DNA from: Promethearchaeota archaeon
GTDB taxonomy: Archaea; Asgardarchaeota; Lokiarchaeia; Sigyniarchaeales; SOKP01
Direction of reading: 5' to 3'
Length of the DNA stretch: 64,000 nucleotides
Assembly: GCA_016840085.1 (NCBI GenBank)
Contig: JAEOTA010000004.1
Location: 224,001 to 288,000, forward strand
The first letter of the stretch is position 1. Every line of letters starts with the position of its first letter. Made by a program: the position numbers and the translations under genes. Of the stretch, positions 53,799-62,846 are shown one piece after another. A model generated the notes under the pieces. That model was not told the DNA's origin and made no database searches. It saw only the letters and a program-made list of their open reading frames with translations.

Positions 53799-54482
53799 TT
53801 AAGGTCTCTTTGCTAATGTTAACATAATAATATAATCAGCAACTTCTTCAGCGTTATCACTAATAACTTCTATTAGCGAAATGCTATTATATATTTCAAT
53901 AGCTAAGAAAGGATTAACATTAGGATTATTTGAAATTAACATCCGGTTTATCGCAAAATGTATCTCATCACATTGATGCTCCAAAATATTAACCTCTTCT
54001 CCCAAATCTCGGATTTCTGACTCTTCAGCGGATAATAAGTTATTAACCATTTTATTCAGTTTTTTAACTGCTTCAACTGATATTCGTGTCATTTCTAAAA
54101 TCCTGTTATGGATTTCTTCATCTAGCTTTAGAAATTCTGTATGGTTTATATATATGAGGATCCTCGCACTTGCATTAGCAGCATTTGCTACATCATCAAT
54201 TTTTTGCGTAAGATGTATTAAATTCTCACGAATTGTATCGGAAAGTTCTGCTTTTGAAAGCATATTAAGAATATCCCGTCTCATACCATCAGCTTGATGT
54301 TCTAATTCATTAACTCTAAAAAAAACTTTTAATGCAAGATCAATATTTCTCTCCTCAAGGAGGAATGATATTCCCTTTTCAAATTCGACAACACATTCCA
54401 AAATTTTTTGCATATAAACCAATGTTTTGCTTATTGCGCTTTCTTCATTACGGGATTGAAAATATTTAAATAATGAACTCAT
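53799..54482 (-). CDS. DUF47 phosphate transport regulator
   Basis: LEHQADGMRRDI, IDDVAN, LEHQCD, IEVISDNAEEVAD. Confidence 0.88.
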   Translation of the reverse strand: MSSLFKYFQSRNEESAISKTLVYMQKILECVVEFEKGISFLLEERNIDLALKVFFRVNELEHQADGMRRDILNMLSKAELSDTIRENLIHLTQKIDDVANAANASARILIYINHTEFLKLDEEIHNRILEMTRISVEAVKKLNKMVNNLLSAEESEIRDLGEEVNILEHQCDEIHFAINRMLISNNPNVNPFLAIEIYNSISLIEVISDNAEEVADYIIMLTLAKRP

Positions 54483-54527
54483 AATAAATCCTCCATCTAC
54501 TTTTATCTATAATATTATCTATTATTT

Positions 54528-55751
54528 TTATTCTAATTTTAATACTTCTTTTATTACTTCATCACCAAGATGCTTGAATACTATCCCCAATTCTTTGGGA
54601 AAATATATAGTAACCTCTGAATTCTCTAAAAATGAATTATAAATTTCGTACGTAGCTGGTCTGGTGACTACAATTATTTTTTCTTTCTTATTTACTTTAA
54701 TTAATATCTCAAATCGATAGAATACTCCCATAAATTTACGTCGAACTATCTTTCCTAATAGAGCATTTTTTTTTTCATTTATACGATTACCAAGTCGTAT
54801 TTTCATTTGATTTGCTCGAACAACTAATAATACTTTATCATTTTGCTGAATTTCATTATATAAAGATTCTCTTAAATATCCCGCAAAAATCTCTTTAACA
54901 CCAATATTTATTGGCATTGGAACCATATCTTCTTGAATTTGAGCGAAAAATTTATCTCCCTGCTTCGATTTCGAATATATATCCCATAAAGGTTTTTCAT
55001 TTTTCATACAAATTCCATCAAAATAGTTAATTTCACTCATAAAATTTGCTACAAAAAGATTTTTAGGTTGATAATATATTTCATAAGGAGTTCCAACTTG
55101 GGCGAGTGTTCCCTGATTAATTACCGCTATTCTATCAGCAACCATCATAGCTTCTTGTTCGTCATTAGTAACATGTACCACTGTTAATTCCAATTCTTTA
55201 GATTTTGCCATTAGTTGTAGCTCTTTCCTTAAATTCATTCTAAGTCCCGCATCTAGGGCTTTTAGAGGTTCATCTAATATTAATAATCTAGTTTGTTCTA
55301 GATTTAAAAGAGATCGGCATAAGGCAACTCTTTGTTTCATACCCCCACTCAATTCTTCTGGTAAAGCATCATTTCTTCCTGTAAGTAAAGTCATCATCAA
55401 TACTTGATCTACTAATGTTTGAGTTAGTGTAGAATCTCGTGCATGAACCCTTCCACTATAAGATATATTCTCAACAATATTCATATGAGGAAATAGAGCA
55501 TAATTTTCAAACATGAAACCTATATCACGTTCTCCAGCAGTTTTTTTAGTTACATCTTTACTATCAAACAATATCTTTCCAGAGTCAGGTTTAAGGAGTC
55601 CAGCAATAATTTTAAGCAATGTAGTCTTACCTGCTCCTGTAGGACCAAGAATTATAAAATACTCTTCATCTTTAATCTCAAGAGAAATACTATCAAGAGC
55701 TCTAACATTTCTAAAAGATTTCGAAATTTTTTTCAATTCGAGATGTACCAT
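54528..55751 (-). CDS. ABC importer ATPase (MalK/CysA/PotA-like), degenerate Q- and H-loops
   Basis: GPTGAGKTT, MFENYALF, LSGGMKQR, LDEP, HVTND. Confidence 0.9.
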   Translation of the reverse strand: MVHLELKKISKSFRNVRALDSISLEIKDEEYFIILGPTGAGKTTLLKIIAGLLKPDSGKILFDSKDVTKKTAGERDIGFMFENYALFPHMNIVENISYSGRVHARDSTLTQTLVDQVLMMTLLTGRNDALPEELSGGMKQRVALCRSLLNLEQTRLLILDEPLKALDAGLRMNLRKELQLMAKSKELELTVVHVTNDEQEAMMVADRIAVINQGTLAQVGTPYEIYYQPKNLFVANFMSEINYFDGICMKNEKPLWDIYSKSKQGDKFFAQIQEDMVPMPINIGVKEIFAGYLRESLYNEIQQNDKVLLVVRANQMKIRLGNRINEKKNALLGKIVRRKFMGVFYRFEILIKVNKKEKIIVVTRPATYEIYNSFLENSEVTIYFPKELGIVFKHLGDEVIKEVLKLE

Positions 55752-55773
55752 AATATTTTCACCTTATTTGATT

Positions 55774-56919
55774 CTATGATAAAGATAATTCATATAGAAG
55801 GTTATCTGGAGCTCTAAATACATGAATGTCATCTTGGTGAATTCCGACTATTAAATTTTCTCCTGGAATAAAATTTTCTTCAAAATTTCCTGGCTTAATT
55901 GACATAAATTTATCCCCATTATCTAATGTTAAATAAAATCTCTTCGTAGCACCTATGAATCTTGATGCTTCCAGAATTGCTTCAAAAAATTGCATGTTTG
56001 ACCAATCATATTGACTACTTTCAAAATCATAATCTTGAGGAAATAAATATACATCTTCATAACGAAAAGAAATTACTGTATTATCATCTAAATTAAATTT
56101 CTCACTAAAATTATGAGTAATCAATTGAGGGCCCCCTAAACGAATCCAAATTTCCATTCTTTCATTATCTAATAATTTTAGGACAAATCCTTGAAGAAAA
56201 TTGGTCTCTCCCAAAAAATTTGATACAAAAATGCTTTCTGGATTTTCATATAATTCATAAGGAGCTCCTATTTGGAGAATTCGTCCCGCTCTCATAATGA
56301 TGATTTTATCAGCAATAGCCATTGCTTCTTCTTGATTGTGGGTTACATGTATTGCAGTAAGACCTAAATCTTTAATTAAATTTCGAAGCTCATGACGAAA
56401 TACTTTTGATACTTTTGGATCTAAGGAACCTAAAGGCTCATCCATAATTAGGATTTTTGCGCCTGTAGCCATAGCTCTTGCAATTCCTAATTTTTGTAAG
56501 CCAGGATTACCAAAAATCGAGGGGTATTCATCAGCATATTGTAATAAATCAACTGTTTCCAAAGCTTTTTCAGCTTTATCAATAACATATTCATCACTAT
56601 ATCCACGCATTTCTAAACCAAAAGTTACATTTTCCCATACAGTTAAATGATTGAATATTTCAAAATGTTGAAAAATAAATCCCATATCTCTATCTTCAGG
56701 AGGAATTTCTCCAACATCTTTTCCCTCTATTAAAACTTCCCCTTTGGTAGGTTTTTCCAAACCTGCTATCATTCTGAGTGTTGTTGTCTTTCCACATCCG
56801 GTAGGACCAATCAAAAAGACATAATCACCATCGTCAATTTTTAAGGAAATATCATCAACCGCAAGAACTCTCCCTTCATTGAATGTTTTTGTTACATTAA
56901 TCAATTCTATAGTCGGCAT
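55774..56919 (-). CDS. ABC importer ATPase (MalK/CysA/PotA-like), degenerate signature motif
   Basis: GPTGCGKTT, IFQHF, FGNPGLQK in place of LSGGQ, MDEP, HVTHN. Confidence 0.9.
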   Translation of the reverse strand: MPTIELINVTKTFNEGRVLAVDDISLKIDDGDYVFLIGPTGCGKTTTLRMIAGLEKPTKGEVLIEGKDVGEIPPEDRDMGFIFQHFEIFNHLTVWENVTFGLEMRGYSDEYVIDKAEKALETVDLLQYADEYPSIFGNPGLQKLGIARAMATGAKILIMDEPLGSLDPKVSKVFRHELRNLIKDLGLTAIHVTHNQEEAMAIADKIIIMRAGRILQIGAPYELYENPESIFVSNFLGETNFLQGFVLKLLDNERMEIWIRLGGPQLITHNFSEKFNLDDNTVISFRYEDVYLFPQDYDFESSQYDWSNMQFFEAILEASRFIGATKRFYLTLDNGDKFMSIKPGNFEENFIPGENLIVGIHQDDIHVFRAPDNLLYELSLS

Positions 56920-56921
56920 AT

Positions 56922-58568
56922 TTACATTGCCCTCCTTTTGGTCACTACTCGTAATGCAAAAATTAATATTGCACTAATAATTATGACAACAACACTGGCA
57001 AAAATTGCGGAAGCATAAGCATTACTCTCTACCCAATCTACAATTAATACTGGTACTGTTCTGATATTGCCCATGACTACAATAGTAGCCCCAGTTTCTC
57101 CCAAAGAACGTGTAAATACCATGATACAACCCGCAATTATTCCTTGTTTTATATTTGGAAGGGTTATTCTTCTGAATACTGTTAAATTAGAAGCGCCTAA
57201 AGTACGAGCAGCTTCTTCTACTCCTTTATCTGAAGTTTCTAATACCCCAATAATCGGTCTAACCATATAGGGAAAAGTAAATGCAATATGTACAAATAAA
57301 ATCATATAAAATCCAGATTGAAAAAGTCCTAATCCCGCAGGTCCCCAAAATAAGAATGTAGCAAATCCTAAAGCTGCCGATGGAATAGCAATAGGGATAT
57401 CAAGAATGGTGTCAAGAAACGTGATTACTTTACCCCACTTTCTTTTTGTAATTATGAAAGCAAACGGGATCCCAAAAAGGAGATTAATCACAACGGCTAA
57501 TGCTCCTATTTCTATTGAATATATAATACTTATATATAGATATGCCCATTTATAATCTTGCCCCAGAAATAATTCTGTTATCCAATCTTCGCCTATAATT
57601 TGAGTTAAAATATAAAATGCAGGAAGTAAAATAATACTTAGAAGCATTAATATAGCCAGAATATCTCGTAAATATCTTAGACATTTATGGCTTAAAAAGC
57701 GTTCTATCCTTGGCCAGACAGATTTGATGGGAAATCCTGCTTTTCTAGTAAAAATTTTTATTGAAAATAAGAGTAGAATTGATATGGCAATTAAAATTCC
57801 AGCTAATAATGAGGCTGAGGGGAGTTCTAATTGTCTTCTAAATCCAACTATCATAATTGGTGCAGTTTCTATCAAACCTGAAAGTATAATTGTAGCACCA
57901 GTCTCACCAAGACTTCTTGTAAAAGAGAGTATAGCTCCAGCTATTAATCCCTCTTTCATCAAAGGTAATGTTATAGTTCGAAATACAGTGAATCCAGAAG
58001 CGCCAAGAGTTAGAGCCGCATCTTCATATAATGTAGATGTCTTTTCTAACACAATTTTCATATTTCGTACGATATATGGAAAAGTGAACACAATATGACC
58101 GAATAGAATTAATGAAAATCCCGGTTCGATTCCAAATACTGCCCAAAATAATAGGACTGAAAATCCTAACGCACTTGTGGGGACAGCCATGGGTAAATCT
58201 ACTAATGCATCAAGAAATTTTTTACCTCTAAAGTTGTAGCGAGTTAAAATAATTGAGATAGGGAAAGCTATTATAATATCTATTCCGACAGCGATAGAAG
58301 CAATTGTGAAAGAATATCCAAGGGATTTTAAGATATTAAACCATTGTAAATTACCCAATAATTCGTCATTAAAAACATCATGGTTTATTGCAGGAATATT
58401 CAAAAAAATTGTAGAAAATATGTTAATTATTGGTCCAATAATTACCAAAATAAAAAAAACTATAGTGATAATATCTAAACTCTTTCTGTATACCAGTTTC
58501 GAAAAAAATCTATCTATTTTTAGGCTTAATGATAATTTAATATCCTCTAAGCTTTTATTTTTCCTCAT
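56922..58568 (-). CDS. Fused two-domain ABC permease (CysT/CysW/ModB-like)
   Basis: Two EAA loops (YEDAALTLGAS, VEEAARTLGAS) and two FTRSLGETGAT motifs. Confidence 0.9.
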   Translation of the reverse strand: MRKNKSLEDIKLSLSLKIDRFFSKLVYRKSLDIITIVFFILVIIGPIINIFSTIFLNIPAINHDVFNDELLGNLQWFNILKSLGYSFTIASIAVGIDIIIAFPISIILTRYNFRGKKFLDALVDLPMAVPTSALGFSVLLFWAVFGIEPGFSLILFGHIVFTFPYIVRNMKIVLEKTSTLYEDAALTLGASGFTVFRTITLPLMKEGLIAGAILSFTRSLGETGATIILSGLIETAPIMIVGFRRQLELPSASLLAGILIAISILLLFSIKIFTRKAGFPIKSVWPRIERFLSHKCLRYLRDILAILMLLSIILLPAFYILTQIIGEDWITELFLGQDYKWAYLYISIIYSIEIGALAVVINLLFGIPFAFIITKRKWGKVITFLDTILDIPIAIPSAALGFATFLFWGPAGLGLFQSGFYMILFVHIAFTFPYMVRPIIGVLETSDKGVEEAARTLGASNLTVFRRITLPNIKQGIIAGCIMVFTRSLGETGATIVVMGNIRTVPVLIVDWVESNAYASAIFASVVVIIISAILIFALRVVTKRRAM

Positions 58569-58619
58569 TTTTTGATGTTTTTTAATTACTTCTTTCTTTA
58601 ATTTAATAATAATTCTCTT

Positions 58620-59744
58620 TTATTCCGTTGCTTTACAAAGTAGCCAAAAATCAGGAATTCTCAGTAATACATTTCCATCAATTGGTGGTTCTAATTTAGG
58701 TACATTAAATTCAAGAGCAATTCCATTAGTTTCATAATTGAATACCTCAGGATCTAAAGGAATTAAAGGATTAATGGGCCTAAAACCATATTGGATAGCA
58801 GATTCAACGGTATCAGTTTTATTAAGGAAATTAAGAAAAGCTTCAGCTACAACCCTTTGCTCAGGAGTTATCCATTCAGCATTTAATATACAAAATGGAT
58901 GATCACTATATAAGGTTCCTTCTTCTGGATAAATAGCAATAACTCTTCCCCCTGTTGATGTGCTTGAAATATCCCTTATTAGATTTTCATACAAGAAGAC
59001 TATATTTAAAGCACTAGGTCCTTCATTTTTCATATAACGGGCTAAAAATCCAGTGGATTTTCCATACATCAATGCACTAGATTCAAATTCCCTAAACCAT
59101 TGCTGATTATCCGTGTTGATAAGTTCTGTCATTGATAAATTTATAGAAGAAATCCCCGATGCAGCAGATAATGCCATTATGACGCTCATAAACCCCGAAT
59201 TTGATAACCTAGGATCTGTATGAGCCATTCTAATTTCAACATTTGGATCTACACTTAAATCATGAATGTCTAAAAATCCTTTAATATTATAAGATTCATT
59301 AAAAGATTCCCATGTAGCAATTACTACTGGTGAATAAATTATCTTTACAGCTTCACTAATATTTACTATTGGCTCCTGAATTTTCGTTAAATCTCTCCAT
59401 TTAGTAATTAAGATTGGCAACCAAATGGAACTTGCAGGGCTCCAAATTGTTGGATAAATTTCATTGTTTAAGATACTGATTATCGAGTCTGAAGAACCAT
59501 ATGGATGCATATCAATGGTTATTTTTTCATCTGGATGGTTATTATGCCACTCTTTCATAAAATCTGAATATGCTACAGTCATCCAACTTGCCTTTTCAGA
59601 ACTATAAATAATACTAATATGTGTTTTTTCCTCTTCCCCTCTAATTATAATACCCGCGGAAATATTTCCAATAATGAATCCTAAGATAAATATAATTAAT
59701 AGATTGATTTTATTACGCTTTTTAATTTTACGTAATTTATTCAT
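58620..59744 (-). CDS. Membrane-anchored substrate-binding protein (type II PBP)
   Basis: N-terminal TM; SSEK, WSPASS, HTDPRLSNSG, STGFL, YPEEGTLYSDHPF, YGFRP. Confidence 0.85.
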   Translation of the reverse strand: MNKLRKIKKRNKINLLIIFILGFIIGNISAGIIIRGEEEKTHISIIYSSEKASWMTVAYSDFMKEWHNNHPDEKITIDMHPYGSSDSIISILNNEIYPTIWSPASSIWLPILITKWRDLTKIQEPIVNISEAVKIIYSPVVIATWESFNESYNIKGFLDIHDLSVDPNVEIRMAHTDPRLSNSGFMSVIMALSAASGISSINLSMTELINTDNQQWFREFESSALMYGKSTGFLARYMKNEGPSALNIVFLYENLIRDISSTSTGGRVIAIYPEEGTLYSDHPFCILNAEWITPEQRVVAEAFLNFLNKTDTVESAIQYGFRPINPLIPLDPEVFNYETNGIALEFNVPKLEPPIDGNVLLRIPDFWLLCKATE

Positions 59745-59772
59745 AATTTACAAAAATTTATTAGATTTTCAT

Positions 59773-59871
59773 TTAAATAAAAGACCTAATATAGTTATCC
59801 ATAAATGTGAATATAATCCCTGATAATAAACCTAAAATTAAAGCAATTATAAATAAGGTTTGTCTCTTCAT
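59773..59871 (-). CDS. Putative 32-aa single-TM protein (unannotated)
   Basis: MKRQTLFIIALILGLLSGIIFTFMDNYIRSFI*, co-oriented and ending 28 nt upstream of the SBP start. Confidence 0.55.
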   Translation of the reverse strand: MKRQTLFIIALILGLLSGIIFTFMDNYIRSFI

Positions 59872-59967
59872 ATGACTTACTTACTGATTATTCTATATAT
59901 TTTTCAATCCTTTCAAAATCAAGGTATTTTTTTTTAAAAGTAGTTATGACTTCCTTGAATAGTTTTA

Positions 59968-60003
59968 CTATATATCATATATATCCTATATATTCTATAT
60001 AGA
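59968..60003. promoter_or_regulatory. Four tandem 9-bp repeats, putative operator array
   Basis: CTATATATC ATATATATC CTATATATT CTATATAGA between the ABC operon and ppa. Confidence 0.6.
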
Positions 60004-60123
60004 AAGATTCTCTTGGTAGATCATTAAAATAAGAGATATTATTAATATTTAAAGAAATCATCTTTTGTATGTTTAAATTATTAAGAAGTAAAATTTAAGA
60101 AATATAGGCAAATTTAGATAATT

Positions 60124-60657
60124 ATGAATCTATGGAGAGATATCCCCCCTGGAGATAATCCTCCCGTTCTTTTAAACACTGTTATAGAAGTAATTAGTGG
60201 CTCGAGAGATAAGTACGAGTATAAACCTGAATGGGAGGCTTTTGTATTAGATCGAATTATCCCTTCATCTGTTGTTTTTCCCATAGAGTATGGTTTTATC
60301 CCCCAAACATGGTCAGACGATAATGATCCTCTGGATATAATGGTTTTAAGTTATGAACCACTAGAAGTGGGGTGTATTGTAAAGGTTCGAGTTATTGGAG
60401 CTTTAGTTATTGAAGATGAACATGGTGATGACCCAAAAATTCTCTCTGTTTTAGTTAATGATGCTAGATTCAGTGGATATAATGATATTCATGATGTGCA
60501 TAAACACAAACTAAAGGAAATTCAGGAGTTTTATGAGACATATAAAAGATTAGAACCACATAAATGGGTTAAATTTAAAGAATGGAAAAATGCTGAAGGT
60601 GCAAAAGTAATTGTAGATTATTCAATTAACCTGTTTAAAAACAAGAAGCTAACTTAA
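60124..60657 (+). CDS. ppa: Family I inorganic pyrophosphatase
   Basis: KYEY, LDR, YGFIPQT, DNDPLD, DEHGDDPK, YKRLE. Confidence 0.96.
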   Translation: MNLWRDIPPGDNPPVLLNTVIEVISGSRDKYEYKPEWEAFVLDRIIPSSVVFPIEYGFIPQTWSDDNDPLDIMVLSYEPLEVGCIVKVRVIGALVIEDEHGDDPKILSVLVNDARFSGYNDIHDVHKHKLKEIQEFYETYKRLEPHKWVKFKEWKNAEGAKVIVDYSINLFKNKKLT

Positions 60658-60698
60658 ATTAAGTTTTAATTATTTTAAGAATACGAATTTCTATAAAA

Positions 60699-62273
60699 CT
60701 ATATTAAACTTACTCCTATAACACTTTTATGTGGGGTTTTTCCTATAAGTTTCAATAAAGTTGGAACAATATCAGTAGTTTTACAAAAGGGAATATGTTT
60801 GTAGGGAATTTCTAATGATCCTCCAATTATTAGTGGAACGACCATACATTTTGTAAGACCAAGATCATGGTCATATATATTCTTATTTTTTTGTTTTCCA
60901 TGATGAATGTTAAACACAACCGTGCCATCATTACTCAAAATTAAGTCACTACTTCTAGGATTCTTGAAATGACGCGGTATCAAGTCAGGGAAAATAGGAA
61001 AATCAAGATGATGAGTTGCTTCTAGCCATTCATTAATAGAATGATATTTATTATCCATTAATCGGCTTGCTATATCATCATTTAAATACCCAAAGATATC
61101 ATTATCAATATCGTCAGATATATAACGAGTTTTATATTCTTTGCCTCCTCCTTGATATTCAATTACTCCAGATAAAATTTTGTCATTATCATTGATTTTT
61201 CTTTTTAAATGAATAACTCCCTTATTATGTGTATTCTCATCATCTCTATAATACATCATATGACTTCCTTCTATTCTAAATAATTGCTCTACTAAATTTA
61301 TTCTTCTTGGCCCATAATTTTTAAGCTCCTTAAGAGTAGGACGAGTCCATTTATATTTATATTCTGGATCGGTTAAACCCTTAAAATTGAAAAACCCTAC
61401 ACCCGCATACTCAGAAATATTCATATTTCCCTTTAAATTTTTGCGAGGATGATAATGAGTAAGCTCATTTTGTTTAAAAAAATCAGATAAATTACCCACT
61501 TTATTTGCTTTATAGTTTCCATGATCAGAAGTGATTGCGATAGCTGTATCTTCTAGATACCCTATTTTTTTTAGATTATCAAGTAATATACCAATGACTT
61601 TATCAATATGTAATAAATTAAGTTTATAAATGAATGAATCGAATCCATAAGCATGCATTAGTAGATCTGAGGATATAAACCATAATAAAGAGCAAATAGG
61701 AGGCTCTGAGCTATCAAAAAACCTTTTTGGTGTATTGAAAACTTCAATCAATTTTTGTACTATTCCTGAATTAGCCCTGATGAGCCTTCGCTTTACATTT
61801 GGGAAATACTTCAAAATGAGATAATACATAGCAAGTTTTGTTTTTCTTTCAGGAAAAAAATAATTTGATCCTCTGCTGATAAATTGGGTTATACTTGCAG
61901 TATTTCCATCATTTATCATTTCAAGAATGGTCTTACAATTATTACCAATTTCTTTGTTAAGTTTATAGATTTGCATGTCTCTAGCAGCGTAACTTCTTAG
62001 AATTGGTGGAGAATAATCACGACCCATCCAATTTATTAAGGGAATACCGTGACATAATTCTTTTTTATAATTTCCTGTGTAAGTCCCTGTTAAAAGAGAT
62101 ACTTGGGAAGGATACGTGATGGGAGGAAAATCCGTTATACAATTCTCAGAATAAATCCCATTTTCCATTAATTTCTTCATATTAGGGAGGAATCCTTTAC
62201 GTATAAAACTAAAAAAATGCTCTGCTCTAACGTCATCAATAACACAAAGAATAACTCTGTTTACCTTATTCAT
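60699..62273 (-). CDS. Alkaline phosphatase superfamily protein (nucleotide pyrophosphatase/phosphodiesterase-like)
   Basis: IDDVR, FPPITYP (Thr nucleophile), DLLMHAYG, TSDHG, DH, DIVPT. Confidence 0.85.
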   Translation of the reverse strand: MNKVNRVILCVIDDVRAEHFFSFIRKGFLPNMKKLMENGIYSENCITDFPPITYPSQVSLLTGTYTGNYKKELCHGIPLINWMGRDYSPPILRSYAARDMQIYKLNKEIGNNCKTILEMINDGNTASITQFISRGSNYFFPERKTKLAMYYLILKYFPNVKRRLIRANSGIVQKLIEVFNTPKRFFDSSEPPICSLLWFISSDLLMHAYGFDSFIYKLNLLHIDKVIGILLDNLKKIGYLEDTAIAITSDHGNYKANKVGNLSDFFKQNELTHYHPRKNLKGNMNISEYAGVGFFNFKGLTDPEYKYKWTRPTLKELKNYGPRRINLVEQLFRIEGSHMMYYRDDENTHNKGVIHLKRKINDNDKILSGVIEYQGGGKEYKTRYISDDIDNDIFGYLNDDIASRLMDNKYHSINEWLEATHHLDFPIFPDLIPRHFKNPRSSDLILSNDGTVVFNIHHGKQKNKNIYDHDLGLTKCMVVPLIIGGSLEIPYKHIPFCKTTDIVPTLLKLIGKTPHKSVIGVSLI

Positions 62274-62336
62274 TAAGCCTCAAATTAATGAATTATAGAA
62301 AATATAAAAATTAATATTATCAAAGATGGTTTTCTA

Positions 62337-62643
62337 TTAAGTACTACTTTTAAGTATTAATTTTGCATACTCACCAAAAATTAAAATCCACAATTTTTTT
62401 CTTCCATACTTCTCAGTTCCAAATTTATCATAAAATAATCCAATTAAAAACTTCAATGCCCAAGGAATAAAAGTAATTGAAAAGATGCCTAAGATCACTG
62501 CTAAATCGAATGTCATCATATTTGTTAGCCAAAATGGAATGATAATATATTGTATCCCATTATATAAACCTTGAGTTGAATAAAAAAAAAGAGAAAATAT
62601 ATGGATATGATTTCTTGAATTCTAAATTATCTTGATTTTCCAT
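62337..62643 (-). pseudogene. Truncated, frameshifted MFS transporter fragment
   Basis: ATG at 62643; frameshift in the T9 run (62582-62590); PWALKFLIGLFYDKFG...GRKKLWI resembles the N-terminus of the MFS at 44293-45600; ends after about 2 TM. Confidence 0.8.
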
Positions 62644-62744
62644 ATAATTACTTAGACTTACGAATTAATAAAGAAGATCAATCTAATAAGAAAAGTCATT
62701 CAATTACGCTTTTTGAGAGATTTCAGTTAAAAATAAAAAGTATA

Positions 62745-62846
62745 AGCCCCCGGGGGGATTTGAACCCCCGACCTTCCGATTACAAATCGGATGCTATACC
62801 GCTTTGCCAAATAATGCGCTCATCAATATTTTTAAGCTACGGAGGC
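62745..62846 (-). tRNA. tRNA-Thr(UGU) with a ~30-nt intron in the D-loop
   Basis: Acceptor GCCTCCG/CGGGGGC, anticodon arm TCCGA-TT-TGT-AA-TCGGA, T arm GGGGG-TTCAAAT-CCCCC; extra 30 nt (62803-62832) after A14. Confidence 0.92.

Noticed and set aside
1175-58575. Many short ORFs overlapping longer genes (e.g. 1175, 10856, 13705, 15684, 18056, 18446, 19645, 20072, 21856, 25964, 27127, 28507, 35436-38075, 46538, 57724)
   Set aside because: Antisense or off-frame shadows of well-supported genes, with no motifs of their own.
49227-62846. Phosphate cluster as a tRNA-integrated mobile island
   Set aside because: No integrase and no second copy of the tRNA 3' end seen in the window.
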